Of a stretch of DNA of 64,000 nt, positions 59,170-64,000 are shown in pieces; position 1 is the first letter of the stretch; every line of letters begins with the position of its first letter. Under the pieces are notes generated by a model. It searched no databases, was not told the origin of the DNA, and worked only from the letters and a program-made list of their open reading frames with translations. The translations under genes and the position numbers were made by a program. The stretch is from Chthoniobacterales bacterium. GTDB taxonomy: Bacteria > Verrucomicrobiota > Verrucomicrobiia > Chthoniobacterales > Chthoniobacteraceae. The stretch is taken from NCBI GenBank assembly GCA_038207335.1, contig JBBQZX010000003.1, positions 192,001 through 256,000 on the forward strand. The letters run 5' to 3'.

Positions 59170-60546
59170 ATGAGACGCAGCCTGCTTTCACTCCTCTTTG
59201 TTTTCAGCGCGCACTGTTCCTTCGCCGCGGACTGGCCGGAGTTTCTCGGGCCGACTCGTGACGATGTTTCGACCGAGACCGAACTACGCGATTTTTTCCC
59301 GTCGCGCGGGCTGCCGATCATGTGGCAGCGGGTGATCGGCGAGGGCTATAGCGCGCCGAGTGTGCGCGGCGATTTGCTCGTGTTCCATCATCGCGTCGGG
59401 GAGGAGGAGATCGTCGAGGCGTGCGATGCGAAGACCGGCGAGACACGCTGGAAGCAGCGCTACGAAAGCCACTTTCGCGATCCTTTTGGCTACAACAACG
59501 GCCCGCGATGCACGCCGCTGCTGACCGCGGATCGCTGCTACACATTCGGCGCGGAAGGCGTGCTGATGTGCTGTGAACTGGCGACGGGGAAGCTGGTGTG
59601 GAAGCGCGACACGCAGAAGGAATTCAACGTGCCCGAGGCGTTTTTCGGCGTCGGCAGCACGCCGATTTTGGAAGATGGAAAGTTGATCGTGCTCGTCGGT
59701 GGGCAGCCAAATTCCGGCGTCGCCGCGCTCGATGCGGCGACAGGAAAAACGCTGTGGGAGAACATCGGCGAGAAAACCTGGACGGGCGTCCCGATGACCG
59801 GATGGCCCGGAGAACGGCTCGTGCAGTGGAACGCCGCCGATCCCGCATTTCAAAAACAAGCGAGCTACTGCAGCCCAGTCGCCGCGACGATTCACGGAAA
59901 GCGGATGATTATTTGCGTCACGCGGCAGGGGCTCGTCTCGCTTGATCCGCAGACTGGCGCTCACAATTTTTCGTTTTGGTTCCGCGCGCGGCAGGACTCC
60001 TCGGTGAATGCAATGACGCCGATCGTACAGGACGATCGCATTTTCATCTCGTCGGCTTATTTTAAAAATGGATCGGTGCTGCTGCGCGTGCGGCCGGATG
60101 GGAAAGGCGTCGATGAAGTCTGGCGCAGCCTCGCGCTGGAGATGCACTGGAGCCGCCCGATTTTGGACGACGGTTATTTGTATGGCTTCAGCGGGCGTAA
60201 CGAGCCTGACGCGCGTTTCCGCTGCGTGGAATTCGCGACGGGAAATGTGATGTGGGATCGCGACGAAGGATGGCCGAATGCCGGCCACACGAAGCTGCGT
60301 GAAGGCGACGAGCCTCCGAACGTCTCCGGCCGCGGCTCGCTCATCCTCGCCGACGGGAAACTCATCGCGCTCGGCGAAGCGGGGCTGCTCTGCATCTTCA
60401 AACCGAATCCAAAACAGCTCGAAGAACTGGGCCGCTGGCAAAGCCCGCTGCTCGAATACCCGTGTTGGGCCGGCCCCGTCCTTGCGAACAAACGGCTCTA
60501 TCTCCGGAGCGAAAATCGCCTCGTCTGCTACGATTTCGCGAAGTAA
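59170..60546 (+). CDS. Secreted PQQ-binding-like beta-propeller protein (BamB-like repeat family)
   Basis: Signal peptide plus DWPEFLGP; GYSAP, GPRCTP, TGKLVW repeats; LYLRSEN. Confidence 0.87.
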   Translation: MRRSLLSLLFVFSAHCSFAADWPEFLGPTRDDVSTETELRDFFPSRGLPIMWQRVIGEGYSAPSVRGDLLVFHHRVGEEEIVEACDAKTGETRWKQRYESHFRDPFGYNNGPRCTPLLTADRCYTFGAEGVLMCCELATGKLVWKRDTQKEFNVPEAFFGVGSTPILEDGKLIVLVGGQPNSGVAALDAATGKTLWENIGEKTWTGVPMTGWPGERLVQWNAADPAFQKQASYCSPVAATIHGKRMIICVTRQGLVSLDPQTGAHNFSFWFRARQDSSVNAMTPIVQDDRIFISSAYFKNGSVLLRVRPDGKGVDEVWRSLALEMHWSRPILDDGYLYGFSGRNEPDARFRCVEFATGNVMWDRDEGWPNAGHTKLREGDEPPNVSGRGSLILADGKLIALGEAGLLCIFKPNPKQLEELGRWQSPLLEYPCWAGPVLANKRLYLRSENRLVCYDFAK

Positions 60547-60670
60547 AGGAAGTCGCTTTGGTGCCTGTACCGCTCACCGCATCGGAATGCGATAAGCGAT
60601 AAGCGACGGCGGGGCGAAGTTGCGAGCGGCTACTGATGCCGGGAAGCGATTTGCGGGGTGTGGTGTCAGC

Positions 60671-63600
60671 CTAATTGGCGCTTGCGCCCGAGAGATAAAT
60701 CTGGCCGGTCTGGAGGCCGCCACCAGCGGAGAGAGTGCCGAAGAAGTATCCGTAGGCTTGGCCTGAGCTTTGGAAGGCGACGCCGCGGATCTGCGTGAGC
60801 ACTCCGCTCTGCGGATGGATGAAGGATCCGGTGAATGTGCCGTTGTGCGTGTTGAATTTGACCTTCAACTGATCGCCCGCAGGGGTGACCACGGTCACGA
60901 CATTGCTGATGGAAAGCGTGATATTTTTGTCGAACTCACGGTCGAAGGTCCCGTTGACGAGGTTGCCCTCACGGAACGACGCGACTCCCGCTCCGCTGCT
61001 TTGGTCGAAGGAGCTGAGAATCCGCGTGCCCTGTGACGGCTGTGCGTAAAGCGAGCCGAGGAGCGCTTCGCCGGTCCGGGTGAAGCCGGAGGGTGAGTAC
61101 TTGTCGTTGACGTTCTCGAGTTTCTCCCAATCGAAGGTGCCTTCCATCTGACTCCCGGTCGGAACGGTGACCGTGCCGATTGCAACGCCGCCGTTCTTGT
61201 AAGGGGTTGCGTAAAGCGGCCATGTCAGATTTTTGGAAAGCGGGGCAGATTGCGACGCCTTGGTGCCATCCGGGAGGACGCCACTCCAGCGAACAACTCC
61301 GTTACTGCGGATGGTGAGAAGGCCGGCGCCAAGACCGCGGGGATCATTCACACCCGGCATTTCCACCGGCGGAAAGTAGAGGGTGTAATTCCCCGAGGTC
61401 GCCGTCGGCACGGGCGCTCGCGAGGAGAAGGTGGCGCGGTCGAGTCGCACCGTGGAGGTGAACGCCGGGGTGGTGACGGTCCCGACGATTTGGTCGGTCG
61501 CGCCGGGCGTCACATCGAGGGTGAGGTCGATGGCGAGATTGCCCAGCGGGAATTTCCGCTCGACGAGGCCGCGGTAACGGCCATGGCCGGTGAAGTCTCC
61601 CTTCAAGCGGTAAGTCGCCCCGGCAAATTTCAACCTTCCGGAGAATGCGCCGGAGTTGACGATATTCAGTTGCAGATATCCCGAGGAAGCGGTCGAGAAT
61701 TCATCGCTGCGGACGAGACCGGAGTAGGAGCCGGTGATCGGCACGGCGGAGTTGAATGGAGACTGGGTGAAATGCGCGATGAGCGAGAGCGCCGCATCAG
61801 GCATGGGGAAGGTGAAGGTCCGTGCGGTCGAGAGGAGAGTGCCATTTTCATCGGTCCATCCGTCGAAGACAAAGCCGGACTGAGCGGTCGCGACGAGCGA
61901 AACGGAGAAGCCGACGTTGCGAGGGCCGGAGGTGGCGTTGACGCTTCCGCCGGTTTGCGCGGTGATGGTGAGCGACTGGGACTTCAGGTAGTTGAAGCTG
62001 GAGCGCGCAATCGGCGATTTGTTGCCGAATTCATCGAGGGCGAAGACTTCGAGGACATTCGGCCCGAAGACGACATCGGAGGTGATGTCTTTGCTCCAGT
62101 TGGTCGTCCCGTCGGCGATGGCGAGGGGCAGGTTGTTGACGCGATAGCGGACTTCGACGACGTCGCCATTATCGGAGGCTGTGCCCGACGCAAGGATCGG
62201 CTCGGAGCCGACGAATATGTCCTGCTTATTGCTCGGGCTGGTGATTTTGACTTTTGGAGCGCGAATGTCTGGAGCGGGGTCGTCTTCGCGGAAGGTGACT
62301 TTCGCGAAGGTGGTGAAGCCTTCTTTGAAATCCACGCTCCGACCAACGCCGACGGTGAGAATACGCGGAGGGGCGAAGGTCGAGTTGTCAATCGCGGTGA
62401 CGGAGAAGGTCACACTGACTTGGTCCGCGGGGATTTCGACCATCTCAGGAATGGGCGGATTGAAATCGATGTTCGCGCGTGCGGTGCCGCCTGAGGTGAG
62501 GGGCACGATGAGCGAATTCGAGGCGGCGGCGTGGCGCGAAACGGTGAAAATAACCGGAGTCGGATCATTTTCCAGCACGCTGGTGGTGGAGGCGCGTACG
62601 GCGATGTCGGTCTTCTCGTTGTCCACGATTGTGACGACTGCCTCATTCGGCGCGCCGATTGTATATCCAGGCCGCGGGGCGAGTAGCACGTCCACGAGTT
62701 CGGTTCCCTCGATGAAGGTGTCATCGACGGGCTCCACGGTGAATTGCGCGCTCATCGAGCCAGCCGGAATGGTGACGTGATCGGTGACGGCGCTGTGGGC
62801 GGGGACGGAGAAAAGGCGGTAATCGGCTACTCGAACTGCAGAGCCGGAGATGGTGAAATAAACGTCCGTATTGACAAGGACGGGAGCCTGAAAGGACACG
62901 GTGAAGGTACCGGTATCAGCAGGGTCGCTGGCGAGCGTCTCGGCAGCATCGGGATCCGTCGCTTCGATGGTCACAGCGTTTTGCTCGTTATCGACGATCT
63001 TGATCTCGTGAAGCGGATTGCCGCCGAGGGTGGCATTGACGGGATTTTTCAGGAGGAGGTAAATGAACTCATCGCCCTCGAGAATGAGGTCGTCCGGCAC
63101 AGTGACGGTGATGTCCTTGAAGGTATCGCCGTCCGCGAAATCCACTGTGCCCGGGGTGGCAACAAAGTCGGCGATATCGGTGGCTGTGCTATCGGGCGCG
63201 ACGACGTAATCGATCGAGGCTGCGCCTTGCGTGTCGCCAAGTCGCTGGATGCGGATGGTGGCGGTGGCACCACCGGGGTTTTCGTTCACAACAGTTCTTT
63301 GAGTGATGAAACGGAAGCGTCCGGTGACGGCTGTGGTGCCGTAGATGTTCAGGCTGGCTTTGCGGAGTGTTCCAGTTGAACCGCCACGACGGTCGCGCAC
63401 TTTGAGAGTCCAAAGCCCAGTGCTATTCTCGCCCCACGAATGCGTGGTCGTGAAGGTCCAACCGGTCGCGAGATTGTCGTCGCGGACATCGGAGTCGTCG
63501 TCGTAAAAATCGCCGCCGGTGGGGCGGGGACGGAGTTCCATGATGCGGCTGACCGTTCCTTCCGGAGAAGTGAGCGTGACTTCGAGGTCGCTGCGGTGAC

Positions 63601-64000
63601 CGTGCTGGATGTCGAGGACGACTTCCACGCGCTCGACACGAAGGTTCGGGCCTGTGGAAAAATCGAAGGTGCGGGTGATGCCCGCGGCATTTTCGGGGAT
63701 TGCGACCGGGACGCTGGGAGCCGCGAGTGCGACGGTCTGCGACTCTTCGGGGCCGAGATTCTCCCAGTCCTTTGCGCGGATGACTGCAGCGGTGAGATCT
63801 ATGACGCCGCCGCCGAAGAGGTGGTTGAAATGAAAGCCCGCGCCGTTGGTGACCCAGTCGGCATCGGTCGGGTCGATTTTCTGCGCGGTCGCTGCGAGGA
63901 TTTCGTGCACATCGCGCCAGCCGAGATTGGGATTGGCGCTGAGCATGAGTGCGACGCCGCCGGTGGTAAGCGGAGTCGCGGAAGAAGTGCCGCCGAAGGA
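60671..64000 (-). CDS. Large kexin/furin-like S8 serine protease: P domain, Calx-beta, Ig and InlB-type repeats (5'-truncated by window)
   Basis: Frame stays open to 64000 and reads SFGGTSSATP (catalytic Ser); NPNLGWRDV; WGENSTGLWTL (P domain); DDLILEGDE (Calx-beta). Confidence 0.9.
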   Translation of the reverse strand, partial: SFGGTSSATPLTTGGVALMLSANPNLGWRDVHEILAATAQKIDPTDADWVTNGAGFHFNHLFGGGVIDLTAAVIRAKDWENLGPEESQTVALAAPSVPVAIPENAAGITRTFDFSTGPNLRVERVEVVLDIQHGHRSDLEVTLTSPEGTVSRIMELRPRPTGGDFYDDDSDVRDDNLATGWTFTTTHSWGENSTGLWTLKVRDRRGGSTGTLRKASLNIYGTTAVTGRFRFITQRTVVNENPGGATATIRIQRLGDTQGAASIDYVVAPDSTATDIADFVATPGTVDFADGDTFKDITVTVPDDLILEGDEFIYLLLKNPVNATLGGNPLHEIKIVDNEQNAVTIEATDPDAAETLASDPADTGTFTVSFQAPVLVNTDVYFTISGSAVRVADYRLFSVPAHSAVTDHVTIPAGSMSAQFTVEPVDDTFIEGTELVDVLLAPRPGYTIGAPNEAVVTIVDNEKTDIAVRASTTSVLENDPTPVIFTVSRHAAASNSLIVPLTSGGTARANIDFNPPIPEMVEIPADQVSVTFSVTAIDNSTFAPPRILTVGVGRSVDFKEGFTTFAKVTFREDDPAPDIRAPKVKITSPSNKQDIFVGSEPILASGTASDNGDVVEVRYRVNNLPLAIADGTTNWSKDITSDVVFGPNVLEVFALDEFGNKSPIARSSFNYLKSQSLTITAQTGGSVNATSGPRNVGFSVSLVATAQSGFVFDGWTDENGTLLSTARTFTFPMPDAALSLIAHFTQSPFNSAVPITGSYSGLVRSDEFSTASSGYLQLNIVNSGAFSGRLKFAGATYRLKGDFTGHGRYRGLVERKFPLGNLAIDLTLDVTPGATDQIVGTVTTPAFTSTVRLDRATFSSRAPVPTATSGNYTLYFPPVEMPGVNDPRGLGAGLLTIRSNGVVRWSGVLPDGTKASQSAPLSKNLTWPLYATPYKNGGVAIGTVTVPTGSQMEGTFDWEKLENVNDKYSPSGFTRTGEALLGSLYAQPSQGTRILSSFDQSSGAGVASFREGNLVNGTFDREFDKNITLSISNVVTVVTPAGDQLKVKFNTHNGTFTGSFIHPQSGVLTQIRGVAFQSSGQAYGYFFGTLSAGGGLQTGQIYLSGASAN

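Noticed and set aside
60589..60606. gcgataa tandem repeat (about 2.6 copies)
   Set aside because: Too short, with no spacers; not a CRISPR or a meaningful VNTR.

Overview
High-GC bacterial chromosome segment, most consistent with Verrucomicrobiota (Chthoniobacter/Spartobacteria-like); this is inferred from the PVC-type heme proteins, a DUF1549/DUF1553 protein, a TIGR03790-like protein and the layout of the ribosomal cluster. Bases 1-9.2 kb hold a rearranged S10-spc-alpha cluster (rpsC to rpsD with secY, map, rpmJ) that lacks rpsN, rpmD, adk, infA, rpoA and rplQ. Bases 9.4-13.3 kb hold mcsB-clpC with no mcsA or ctsR. After that come a large PAS hybrid kinase with its response regulator, ispA, an FHA-pseudokinase, lptD, carbohydrate genes (GH42-like, rhaA, GH128, GH16), hflKC, a metallo-beta-lactamase-fold hydrolase, pilD, a 2158-aa secreted protein of unknown function, a block of PVC c-type heme proteins interrupted by modABC, a PQQ-type propeller and a partial kexin-like S8 protease. 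I saw no rRNA, tRNA, CRISPR array or intact mobile element. The most unusual signal is a set of sharp, kilobase-scale C-to-G strand-skew inversions in synonymous codon choice, centred on intergenic regions. Other notable features are a SecY with an extra C-terminal TM helix, a doubly degenerate FHA-pseudokinase, a structured RNA candidate after rpsD, a palindrome over the modA start and a His-bearing membrane protein coupled to a cytochrome c dehydrogenase. All calls come from reading motifs by eye; no searches were run.
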